Source of the DNA: a virus
Direction: 5' to 3' (one strand)
Virus record (IMG/VR): IMGVR_UViG_3300050133_000045
Span: 1-43,626 of that record
DNA: 43,626 bases
The position numbers and the translations under genes were made by a program. The notes beneath the pieces were generated by a model. It worked only from the letters and a program-made list of their open reading frames with translations. It did not search any database and had not been told where the DNA came from. Below, piece by piece: positions 16,391 to 24,868 of this stretch (position 1 is the stretch's first letter; each line of letters opens with the position of its first letter).

Positions 16391-17278
16391 TTATAAATAA
16401 TCACAGATAGCGCGTAAAATCATATTTTCCTGTCCATTTGAATAATATAAACCCGTAACCGCTCCCGTTTCATACATTGCATTTAAGTAATAAATTGTTT
16501 TTGACGCTAAATTAACCAATTTTTCCTTATAAACCGAACCTGAAATTTGGATTGAATTTGAATACCCAGCAATTTTACCCGCGAAAGAAGCATCTCCATT
16601 TGATGCGGACGTGGATAAACTCACGTCTCCAATAATAGTAGTTGCTGTGTTTGATGTGATTGTTAGACAAACTGAAAATGTCAGTTTCCACGCGCCTATC
16701 GGAACTGTATATTGCAGACTTCCAACATTAAGCCATGCACCGGCTGATAAGCCAGTTGATTGGCTTCTGGAAGTAGCATCTGTCAATATTACAGACCATT
16801 TTAAAGGATCGAGAGGGAAACCGAATGGTGCTTTTGCATTGCTGTAATAAACACCCGATATTGCCGCATTTGTCAAAGTATAATCGGTGCCGCCGTAGAG
16901 AGTTATTGTACTCGATGTGATAGCGGTCACAATAAAATACTTGGCTGTTGTGTTGGTGAGCATTATCTTCATGCCAACCGATATAAACGGTGTCAAGTCT
17001 GCCGAGGTTGTGACGGTGAATGTAGGCGAATCAGCGGTGGCGTAGGTAAGCGTTTGAGTTATTAACGTCCACCCTCCGGCAAGCATCGAACCTGAATATG
17101 CGAAATCCGCGCCTACCGTGTTCCCACCGCCTAACAAAGTGCTGTTTATGTAATTTCCCAATTCCGAACTCGGAACTTCCATCTGCGCCCTCATAGCCGC
17201 ACTGTTCGGCGGTATATCAGGGAAACTTGAAACATTGGCAAAACCACCGCTTGCGGAGGCAAAAGGTGTAACACTCAT
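16391..17278 (-). CDS. putative tail fiber / receptor-binding protein, 295 aa
   Basis: Ser/Thr/Gly-rich composition of predicted beta type, positioned after the large tail protein. Confidence 0.4.
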   Translation of the reverse strand: MSVTPFASASGGFANVSSFPDIPPNSAAMRAQMEVPSSELGNYINSTLLGGGNTVGADFAYSGSMLAGGWTLITQTLTYATADSPTFTVTTSADLTPFISVGMKIMLTNTTAKYFIVTAITSSTITLYGGTDYTLTNAAISGVYYSNAKAPFGFPLDPLKWSVILTDATSRSQSTGLSAGAWLNVGSLQYTVPIGAWKLTFSVCLTITSNTATTIIGDVSLSTSASNGDASFAGKIAGYSNSIQISGSVYKEKLVNLASKTIYYLNAMYETGAVTGLYYSNGQENMILRAICDYL

Positions 17279-17281
17279 AAT

Positions 17282-19939
17282 TTATCCCTTCCTGTCTATC
17301 TGATCGATAGACACATTCATGCGTAAATCTGATATATTCATGTCCTGCCCTGCCACGTTGTTTGAAAATTCGATAGCATAATACTTTATATTTTTTCTGC
17401 GGCAACGGCGGTAAAATGACTGGATTGCAGGGGCAACACCCCAAAAGAGATTAGACCATGTAAGGGTTGACCATGAGAAAGATGGATTTATTGTGATCGG
17501 TTTGGAGTCTGCCGAACCGTTCGGGTCTCGGTCGCTATAATGTGTAATTCCTATTGTGGAGGCTGTGTCTGACCTTGCGGAAATCCACTCTTCAATAACC
17601 GTTTTTCTCATTTCGGGTGAGCCAAAGTTACGGTCTGCGAGTTTCCAAGAGGCGTTTATTGGCTTTGCGGTTGTGTAGGATTGAATATAGGTAATCTCAC
17701 TCACAGGCACTACCGTCGCCGGAGCAGCATCAAAATTCTGCACAAAAATATTACCGTTTTGATATGCAATCAGATTGCCACTTGTCGCAACTGCTGAACC
17801 GTTTATTTTGCCTGTTACACCATCCCATGTGAAACGGCCTGATGCTCCGATTGTTCCGGTAATGGCGAGCAAAGACTGCTTGTATTGTTCCCACGCCGTG
17901 AAACCGTTTTGTTCGAGTTGAATATTTGAAAATGTTGCTGCGTCACCCGAACTGCCTGCTTCGTTTCCATAAAGTAGAATATTTACGATACCATTTGCCG
18001 GAACTGCAAATCTAAAACTACCGTTGAGTAACGACCTGTTGGCAGGAGTAGATTGATAAATGTCATTTGTTATGGTACTGTCCATTATTCTGATTCCACC
18101 GCCATCTGAACCAGTACGAGTTGAGGAATAAGAAATAAAATGCATTTTATTTGGAATTAAATTTAGTTTATAAATGGCATAACCTCGGGAGGCGGTTGAT
18201 GTAACGGTTATATTGTTTCCTGCTTGTGAAACAGTGGCTGTGACTAATTGGGTAGGGGGTATTGCGGGGTTAAAGATATTTTTGCCTGTGCTTTTAAATT
18301 GAGGGCTGAGGATATTGCCCGATGCAGAGCCGTTAAAAGCGAGTTGCAAGGCTGAACCGTCTATAAAACTAATCGGAGTTGAATTGGTATCAGAGGTGCC
18401 TGTTTTAAAGGATGACGCACTATTGTTGAGCATAGAAACAGTTGGTACGTTTGATACGTCTGCGAAAGACTCTTCAAAATGCACTATGCGGCCGATGGCA
18501 TTATCCCCAAAGTAAAGGTCACGCCCGTCATACATATAGCAGGAAATAGGCAAGTCTTTTAAGAACCACCACGACAGAGCCTTTTGAGCTGCTTCATAGT
18601 CGGAAGCGTTCTGATAAGGCGTGAGGCCGTAGTCCCAATAGTAAACATGGTTATTCACGGTAAGCCAATAACCGCGGTTAAACTCGATTGCGATAGCGTT
18701 TGTGAGGCTAACCTCCTGCAAAAGCCCGCTTGCCCTCTGGTTTCCGTTTATGTTTCGGCTAATGGGCTTAAGGTCAATGTTCAGGGCAACATAGTTTGTA
18801 TAGACAAGCGTATAAACTCCACCATAGGTATTGCAGAACACAAGACGGTCATTTATAAGCCGGATTGTTCCCGGGCAATCGCAACCAACTGCTGCATTGA
18901 TATTTGCAACCGTCAAAACCGGTTTCCCTGTTGTACTGTCGTAAGAATAGGTCGCACCATAAACTGAACGGCCTTTAAATATACATAAGGTGGCGTATTG
19001 CAACCCAAAACCTGTGATTGCATCATCAGAGGTACCGATAAGATTGTATTGAGAAATTGGAATGTATTCAGGTTGCGATACATTGGAAAAGTAATATTTT
19101 TGTGTTCCATTCGCTCCAAAGAATATATAGCTGTTATTTAGACCGCCAAAAGCAGTGATTTGTGTACAGTTTAAGATTTCATTTATGGTGGGCTGATTTG
19201 TTACATAATACTGAATTACAACATTTTCTTTGCCGCCGCCTGTCGGTGGGATTGAACCTGATAAAAATGTGACAGTTCCCGTAACCCTATTTACTGTGAA
19301 ATTTGTTCCCTCAACTTTGTTAAAGGTCACCCCATCATCAAAACTTGCCGTAACCGCAGTAGCATCAAGGTTTTGACTTCCCAAGGTATAGACGGTGCTT
19401 GTCCCATCCCCGACGAAGCCGTTCTGTATACCTGAACCTATGCGGTTATAATCTTGCCCTCCGGGGGCTGCAACTCCGGCAGGAGTACACATTATTTTAG
19501 TCTTAGGAACGAAAGGCACTACCGCCGACGCAGTTGTCCCGTCATATTTGATGTACTGCGCACCGTTCAAATAATATAAATACCCCGCAAACTTTAAGAA
19601 TGTACCTTTGTTCGCCGTTAGTCCCGAATAAATCTGTGCTGCTACATTCGTACCTGTATCAAAGGCAAACATCTTCGTACCGCTTGTAAACACAAATTTA
19701 CCCATGAATTTAAGCGGATAAGCTGATAATATCGGCGTACCTATTGCAGTATTCAGATTTTTTGTTCCCCAGCGCTTGCCTAAAATTCGGCTGTTGTACC
19801 ATATGTTTATCGTTTTGGGGCTTTGATTATCGGCACAGTTCCAAGGTAAATCTTCATAATTTGCTCCGCCACTGAGTGCCGACAGTTTCCATTCAAAAGG
19901 AGCGACGTCTTTTGACGTGGGCAAGTTCGCCATTATCAA
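17282..19939 (-). CDS. large tail protein, 885 aa (possible nozzle / tubular-B-like)
   Basis: Long ORF with repeated beta-strand-like YY/G motifs. The function is assigned from size and position only. Confidence 0.4.
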   Translation of the reverse strand: MIMANLPTSKDVAPFEWKLSALSGGANYEDLPWNCADNQSPKTINIWYNSRILGKRWGTKNLNTAIGTPILSAYPLKFMGKFVFTSGTKMFAFDTGTNVAAQIYSGLTANKGTFLKFAGYLYYLNGAQYIKYDGTTASAVVPFVPKTKIMCTPAGVAAPGGQDYNRIGSGIQNGFVGDGTSTVYTLGSQNLDATAVTASFDDGVTFNKVEGTNFTVNRVTGTVTFLSGSIPPTGGGKENVVIQYYVTNQPTINEILNCTQITAFGGLNNSYIFFGANGTQKYYFSNVSQPEYIPISQYNLIGTSDDAITGFGLQYATLCIFKGRSVYGATYSYDSTTGKPVLTVANINAAVGCDCPGTIRLINDRLVFCNTYGGVYTLVYTNYVALNIDLKPISRNINGNQRASGLLQEVSLTNAIAIEFNRGYWLTVNNHVYYWDYGLTPYQNASDYEAAQKALSWWFLKDLPISCYMYDGRDLYFGDNAIGRIVHFEESFADVSNVPTVSMLNNSASSFKTGTSDTNSTPISFIDGSALQLAFNGSASGNILSPQFKSTGKNIFNPAIPPTQLVTATVSQAGNNITVTSTASRGYAIYKLNLIPNKMHFISYSSTRTGSDGGGIRIMDSTITNDIYQSTPANRSLLNGSFRFAVPANGIVNILLYGNEAGSSGDAATFSNIQLEQNGFTAWEQYKQSLLAITGTIGASGRFTWDGVTGKINGSAVATSGNLIAYQNGNIFVQNFDAAPATVVPVSEITYIQSYTTAKPINASWKLADRNFGSPEMRKTVIEEWISARSDTASTIGITHYSDRDPNGSADSKPITINPSFSWSTLTWSNLFWGVAPAIQSFYRRCRRKNIKYYAIEFSNNVAGQDMNISDLRMNVSIDQIDRKG

Positions 19940-19954
19940 AGTTAACCGCCTCCT

Positions 19955-20935
19955 TTAAAAAAATATGTGTGGTCTTGAGCCGTTGAAAAATGTGTTTTGC
20001 ACCATATTGGGCGCGTTCGCTGTTTTCGTATCGAGATTGGCAAGCATGTTCTGATAGATTGTAAATAGTTCAACCGAGACATTCCGCTTTCCCTGCTCAT
20101 TTGACAGAAGCCGAGAAGCAACAAAATACGGATAGCACTCCTGCGCGTCCGGTGTGTTTTCGAGCGTATAGTCTATCGACGTACTCGCCGTTATGTCTAC
20201 AGGAAACGCCGCGTATTCAACCGAATATTCGCCCACATCAAACCAGTTAATCGCTATGATATTCCGCTGTTCCCAACGGATATCCGGGGAAAGCCGATAA
20301 GACTGGTCGTTGTTTTTTTGACCCTTTAATACCACTTTGTTAAGTTGAAAGAAATCTATCGGCATCGTGTAAAGAACGTAACGCTGATATGCCGGTATTC
20401 GGTCAACTGAAGAAAATGCATAATTATACAGTGCAATATTTCGGACGTTGTAGGCGAATGAACCGCTGAAACGGATACGTATGCTGTCAAGTACGTTCTG
20501 CGCCACTATGAAGCCTTTGTAGGCGGTAAACTGCCCTGCGTCTAATGTATTGCTTATCGTGGTCAGAACCGTCCACACGTTGTTTACGGGGTCTGTACAC
20601 TCTTCTATGTAGGCCGTCGCCACATCGTCAACCTCAAAGTAATAAGCAAGCGAACCCGTGGCCTGATAAGTGAGATCCACCCCTTGAATACGTTGAACCA
20701 AGTCGAATTGATGCTTTGGACTTTGTAATTGGTTAGCCGGTTTGTCGTGGCTGATTTTATAAGCCTTTATAATCTTTTTTTGCTGTGCAACTTGTTTCTG
20801 AGCCGTGTCAAACAGAAACGGCATTTTTAAGATATAGTCCATTTGGTTACTGTCGGTCGGTGACATGATGTCACCTTGATTGGAATAGGAGTCAATCAGA
20901 ACGAGTGCTTTATTTATACCGTCCTGTAATGTCAT
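19955..20935 (-). CDS. virion structural protein, 326 aa (possible adaptor / tubular-A-like)
   Basis: ATG at 20935, positioned between the head genes and the large tail protein. Confidence 0.4.
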   Translation of the reverse strand: MTLQDGINKALVLIDSYSNQGDIMSPTDSNQMDYILKMPFLFDTAQKQVAQQKKIIKAYKISHDKPANQLQSPKHQFDLVQRIQGVDLTYQATGSLAYYFEVDDVATAYIEECTDPVNNVWTVLTTISNTLDAGQFTAYKGFIVAQNVLDSIRIRFSGSFAYNVRNIALYNYAFSSVDRIPAYQRYVLYTMPIDFFQLNKVVLKGQKNNDQSYRLSPDIRWEQRNIIAINWFDVGEYSVEYAAFPVDITASTSIDYTLENTPDAQECYPYFVASRLLSNEQGKRNVSVELFTIYQNMLANLDTKTANAPNMVQNTFFNGSRPHIFF

Positions 20936-20950
20936 GCCGTTTCACTTCCT

Positions 20951-21247
20951 TTACACAAGGTCTGCGGTAAGAATATTAGCCGTAGAACCTGTTGAATTTG
21001 ACACAACCGAAAGGTTGACCGCCGTAAGCATGAACGGCATTGTGGTGTTTGCGGGTATCAAAAATCCGTTTGTTGGTGAAGCATCTGCTCCGCTTAAATC
21101 GGAATATTTTTCTGCGATATATACCGGTTGTGCGCCTGTATTTGAGACTGCGAACGCCAAACCGCCAAGGGCAATCGTCTGCGATGTTGCGTTAAGGGTT
21201 AAAGGGATATTTTTTTTCATTGCGGGGGGTAAAGTAGACTGATACAT
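20951..21247 (-). CDS. small virion-module protein, 98 aa
   Basis: ATG at 21247 follows an AAAAGGAGGAAA RBS. The longer track ORF start (21316) would run through the hairpin element and the upstream gene. Confidence 0.55.
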   Translation of the reverse strand: MYQSTLPPAMKKNIPLTLNATSQTIALGGLAFAVSNTGAQPVYIAEKYSDLSGADASPTNGFLIPANTTMPFMLTAVNLSVVSNSTGSTANILTADLV

Positions 21248-21267
21248 ATATTTCCTCCTTTTAAAAG

Positions 21268-21296
21268 AGAGGGCGGTTATTAAGCCGCCCTGTTTA
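21268..21296 (-). repeat. 29-bp hairpin element, copy 1 (identical to 21778..21806)
   Basis: AGAGGGCGGTTATTAAGCCGCCCTGTTTA. The minus strand forms an AGGGCGG / CCGCCCT 7-bp stem, immediately after a stop codon and before the next RBS. Confidence 0.8.
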
Positions 21297-21758
21297 TTAC
21301 ACCCACTCAAGGACAACTGTCACGGTGCCTCCGGCGTATGAAGTCGCCGCACCGGAGCCAAGCTTAATTCCTATGCTGTCGCCTGCCGCAAGGTTAGTTG
21401 AGGTTGAAGCAGCAACGCCGTTCTGCACGACGGGAACATTCGCCGTTGATGTAAGGTCAAAACCTGCAGTCAAAAGGTTTGTGCCTGAACCAGGTGCGGT
21501 TCCAGACGCTACCTTTTCAATCTGCATCGTTCCGGCCTGACCTGCGACCGTGACATGACGCTCGTAAACGCTGACAACCCTGCAAGGGTACGGTGCGGTA
21601 AACAATATTTGCGGGATTGAGGCAGCAGCAAGCCCGCCCTGACCTATGTCGAAACGAGAGCCAGGTATAAGTTTCTCCATGCCAAGGCCGCCCTGACCGT
21701 TTATGTCGACACAAATTCCATGGTCGAAGTTTGTCATTGCCTGTGTAAGTTTAGGCAT
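21297..21758 (-). CDS. head-module protein, 153 aa (possible decoration/cement protein)
   Basis: RBS AAAGGAGGA. The composition is Gly/Ala/Thr-rich. The gene is flanked on both sides by the identical hairpin element. Confidence 0.5.
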   Translation of the reverse strand: MPKLTQAMTNFDHGICVDINGQGGLGMEKLIPGSRFDIGQGGLAAASIPQILFTAPYPCRVVSVYERHVTVAGQAGTMQIEKVASGTAPGSGTNLLTAGFDLTSTANVPVVQNGVAASTSTNLAAGDSIGIKLGSGAATSYAGGTVTVVLEWV

Positions 21759-21777
21759 TTAAAATCCTCCTTTAGGT

Positions 21778-21806
21778 AGAGGGCGGTTATTAAGCCGCCC
21801 TGTTTA
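21778..21806 (-). repeat. 29-bp hairpin element, copy 2
   Basis: Identical 29-mer, directly after the major capsid stop codon. Confidence 0.8.
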
Positions 21807-21807
21807 A

Positions 21808-22704
21808 TTAACCCTGATATCCGTATATTGCGCGGGCATCTGACCATCCCATGCAATAATCCATGTAGCCGACATATTTTGTGATGAGCAAGCCACTGGC
21901 GGGGTCTTTTGCCACCATTGGGGATGTGATCTCAACCATTTTGACGTATTCCGGCAAGAGCATGGAGTCGGCAACCGCCCACTGTTTTGCAGAAAAACCC
22001 TTGATGACGGTGTACTTATTTCCAGCAACGGGATTTGCGCCATTTTCGGCGCTCTCCGGCAAGAGTTTGGCGTTCTCTCCGAATAACTCTTTGGCTTTTG
22101 GCTCGTATTCCGGAGAAATTAGAACAAGGTCATAGTTGCAGTCGAAGTCAAGGCCGTCAAAGGTCTTGAAACGCTGTGCCGCCGTCTGCGCTGCTGTGAC
22201 ATTCGCCACCGAAAGCGTACCGCTGCCGACGTTGCTGAAAGTGGGAGCGGTGGCCTCGTTGTTTATGGGGTGGGAGGCCGAGAAAAGGGGCTGACCGTCC
22301 GCACCCGCAAAAGCAGGGTTGAAACCATTTGCGAACAGGTTGTAGAAGTCCCTGATCTGTGTCATTGCGAGAGAATCGGCCATGCGGTTACCGGCCTTTG
22401 CAGCCTCGCCGGACTGGTCGACTTTTACGTACTTATAGGACAGGGAGAATGACGCGGCCTTTTCTTTCGGCGTGTAAATAGTCTTAAATCCGCGCTTCTG
22501 GTTGAGTTCAGTTATGACCGTACCGTCGTAATCGGGAACATATCCGAGACCGCCAATGCCCTCGTCAGCGTACTGATTGGAGGTTTTGAGAGCCTGATAC
22601 CCGATAGTGGACTTTATGAGTTCTGTGCGCTTGTCAAGGCGGTCATTGAACCTTTTGAGGACGAGAGGAAATGTATCGTCGCCCCAGGTATAAATGTCTA
22701 ACAT
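21808..22704 (-). CDS. major capsid protein (HK97-fold type inferred)
   Basis: 298 aa, downstream of scaffold, with an AAAGGATGA RBS. Size, position and composition are typical. No search was run. Confidence 0.7.
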   Translation of the reverse strand: MLDIYTWGDDTFPLVLKRFNDRLDKRTELIKSTIGYQALKTSNQYADEGIGGLGYVPDYDGTVITELNQKRGFKTIYTPKEKAASFSLSYKYVKVDQSGEAAKAGNRMADSLAMTQIRDFYNLFANGFNPAFAGADGQPLFSASHPINNEATAPTFSNVGSGTLSVANVTAAQTAAQRFKTFDGLDFDCNYDLVLISPEYEPKAKELFGENAKLLPESAENGANPVAGNKYTVIKGFSAKQWAVADSMLLPEYVKMVEITSPMVAKDPASGLLITKYVGYMDYCMGWSDARAIYGYQG

Positions 22705-22723
22705 TATTTAATCATCCTTTCTT

Positions 22724-23371
22724 TTAGTTGGAGAACGAGTGAAGTTTTGAAATGACAAGAACCTTGTTGTTATCAAGGTCATGCCCAACAACTTCAATCG
22801 CTGTTCCGCTGGTTGCCGCCCACACAAGCCCTGTCGCGTCTGTAGCGGTCGCAGTTGCGCCCACCTTATTAATGGCAGGGAAGAACAGGCCAACGTCTCC
22901 TACGGCCGTGTTGCCGGGGAATACACCGGTTAGGGTGTTGGTTGCGGTTGCGGTAAGGGGAATAACCGCACCTGGCACATAAGTTCCGGTTGCGCCGGCT
23001 GCTTTGGAAACGATTTTCAACTTGCCGCCCTTGCCAGCGTTGGCAGTGGTGTTCAGGAGACCCACGGTGTCCGTCCAAACAGTGGCAGACGGGGAGGCTG
23101 AAACAACTGTGCTGATCGGGTCGGTCTTGAACACCGCGGTCGTAGAGCAATAAACCTCAATCCGCACTATTCCGTCGTTTGCAACTTTTCCTTGAGTCGC
23201 AACGCCGGTGTAGGGGGTTGTGTAGTCTGAACCTCCGGGGACAATGTAACCATCTGTAAAGCGTACAAGTTCGCCCTTTAAAATCGCCTGAGAATTGAGA
23301 ACGTCGAACACTTTCACGACAGGATATAACGAGCCGGAAAGGTCATATGCATAATCAAACATGAAATTCAT
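22724..23371 (-). CDS. head-module protein, 215 aa (unknown; start may be the second ATG at 23362)
   Basis: ORF between the scaffold and capsid genes with beta-rich composition. Confidence 0.5.
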   Translation of the reverse strand: MNFMFDYAYDLSGSLYPVVKVFDVLNSQAILKGELVRFTDGYIVPGGSDYTTPYTGVATQGKVANDGIVRIEVYCSTTAVFKTDPISTVVSASPSATVWTDTVGLLNTTANAGKGGKLKIVSKAAGATGTYVPGAVIPLTATATNTLTGVFPGNTAVGDVGLFFPAINKVGATATATDATGLVWAATSGTAIEVVGHDLDNNKVLVISKLHSFSN

Positions 23372-23375
23372 CCTT

Positions 23376-24116
23376 TCAATTTTTGTGGCCGGGCAACTGA
23401 TGAAGCGCCTCGGCGTATTCTTTTAGGGGCATGCCATTTTCCTTTGCAAGCGACTGCTGATCGGATGTGAGGCCGTAGGTGCCGGTATCGAGTTTCCCTG
23501 ACCCGCTGCCTGTCGAACGTGAGGCTTTTGAATTGGCCTTTGTCAAGCCCTCTTCATACGCCTTGCCTTTGAGTTTCAAAAACTTCTCAACAAGCGTTTT
23601 AATCGCGACGTTGACTTTGCCACCGATATAATCAAGGAAATCCTCGTCTTTCGCCAGTTGGTCAACAACCTCTGCACCGTATTCGTCGCATGCTTCTGTG
23701 TAAGAATCTGCGGCGGCTTTATCGGTTGTTGCTTTAGCCTCGCTTGCCTTTACCGCGTCCTCTTTTGCTTTTTGGGCAGAAGCGTCCTTTTGTTTAATCT
23801 CCGCCATTTCAGCTTTTAACTGTTTAATCTCAGCTATTAGTTCGGGTGACGTTCCCGTTAAAGATGCCTCTGCTTTTGCTGAGTCAATTTCCACCTGTTT
23901 TTCTTGCTTGGCCTTTTGCTGTTTAAAAGTCTCGGCCTGAACCCTTAGAACCGCTTTGATCTCGGCAGGCGTACCCGTGTAATCAAAGTCTTTGAGTAGA
24001 TCAACTATCTCGTTTTTGTCCTGAACGCCGTCACGTGCCAACCGTTCGGATATAACGCGGTTTACTTCTGCCTGCTCCTGCTCGTTGAATGTCACTTTGC
24101 CTGTTTCGTCTACCAT
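23376..24116 (-). CDS. scaffolding protein
   Basis: 246 aa with Lys/Glu/Ala-rich coiled-coil composition (KQLKAEMAEIKQKDASAQKAKEDAVKASEAKA), immediately upstream of the capsid genes. RBS GGAAGGAGA. Confidence 0.7.
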   Translation of the reverse strand: MVDETGKVTFNEQEQAEVNRVISERLARDGVQDKNEIVDLLKDFDYTGTPAEIKAVLRVQAETFKQQKAKQEKQVEIDSAKAEASLTGTSPELIAEIKQLKAEMAEIKQKDASAQKAKEDAVKASEAKATTDKAAADSYTEACDEYGAEVVDQLAKDEDFLDYIGGKVNVAIKTLVEKFLKLKGKAYEEGLTKANSKASRSTGSGSGKLDTGTYGLTSDQQSLAKENGMPLKEYAEALHQLPGHKN

Positions 24117-24191
24117 AAAAATCTCCTTCCGTGTTTAACGACCCGTCGGTCATAAATTCCACGTCTTTCCGTGTGGCCGTTGCCCTAAGAC

Positions 24192-24229
24192 AAAATAAAA
24201 AGAGACCACTTCATTTCTGAAACGGCCTC
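24192..24229 (-). terminator. strong intrinsic terminator between the packaging/portal block and the scaffold/capsid block
   Basis: The minus strand has GAGGCCGTTTCA-GAAA-TGAAGTGGTCTC, a 12-bp stem including G-U pairs with a GAAA tetraloop. It is followed by TTTTTATTTT. Confidence 0.75.
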
Positions 24230-24238
24230 TAATGGGCT

Positions 24239-24448
24239 CTAAATCATTATCTTGTTATGTAGCCCGCATTTGGGACACGCTATGTCAATATACCCTTGCT
24301 GAAGATCTTTGAATTCTGTATCCTTTGAGCAAAACTGCTGATATATTCCTAAAAGCCTATTACATTTACATCGGTACTCATTTTTTTGATTGGGTCTTAC
24401 ATGAAAAAATACCTCTTTTGAAAGAATTTGCACTCTCTCACCCCTCAA
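24239..24448 (-). CDS. Com-like zinc-ribbon protein
   Basis: ...EYRCKCNRLLG...YIDIACPKCGLHNKIMI resembles Mu Com (RC..CN.LL....I.CP.C). The start is non-ATG: TTG at 24448, or GTG at 24433 after GGGGTGAGAGA. Confidence 0.5.
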   Translation of the reverse strand: MRGERVQILSKEVFFHVRPNQKNEYRCKCNRLLGIYQQFCSKDTEFKDLQQGYIDIACPKCGLHNKIMI

Positions 24449-24680
24449 ACGTATTTACAGGTGTTTCGTTTCGTGCCTGCTCAACATTGAATTGCGCACA
24501 CGGAACCTGCATCCCGAGGTTGTTATTGTTGGTGCATCCGAGTATCGCCACGTTGACTATACTCGTGCCATCAGTACCGACTTGCAGACCACCTTTAAGC
24601 ACATGCAGGGGTAATCCGCAGGCCGAGCATACAGGCTCTTGTGGGGTAGCGGCTTGCGTGGTGCTTTCATCGTCTGTCAT
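24438..24680 (-). CDS. hypothetical protein, 80 aa
   Basis: RBS GGAGGT. The start overlaps the upstream stop. Confidence 0.5.
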   Translation of the reverse strand: MTDDESTTQAATPQEPVCSACGLPLHVLKGGLQVGTDGTSIVNVAILGCTNNNNLGMQVPCAQFNVEQARNETPVNTFEG

Positions 24681-24868
24681 TTCTTACCTCCGTGCATTGC
24701 TTCAAGAATTATGGCGAGATTTTTTTGCTTGTTAAGCGTAGGGTTTTTGGTTTTCTTTTTGAGAAAGGACTTTTTGATTGTGCCTTTGGCCGTGACTTGC
24801 CCTGCGGCTTTGGCTTTGGCGGTGAGTGCCCCAGGTCTTTTTATCGCTCCTGCTATCCAATTAGCCAT
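24677..24868 (-). CDS. small basic protein, 63 aa
   Basis: ATG at 24868 follows an AAAGGAGG RBS and overlaps the portal stop by 8 nt. Sequence begins MANWIAGAIKRPGALTAKAKAAG... Confidence 0.55.
   Translation of the reverse strand: MANWIAGAIKRPGALTAKAKAAGQVTAKGTIKKSFLKKKTKNPTLNKQKNLAIILEAMHGGKK

Noticed and set aside
11975-19119. Many 60-148-aa opposite-strand or out-of-frame ORFs inside the large structural genes (for example 12656..12853, 13417..13815, 14003..14311, 15800..16246, 18584..18967)
   Set aside because: All are embedded in long, uninterrupted minus-strand structural ORFs. They have no RBS and biased composition, so I treat them as frame shadows.
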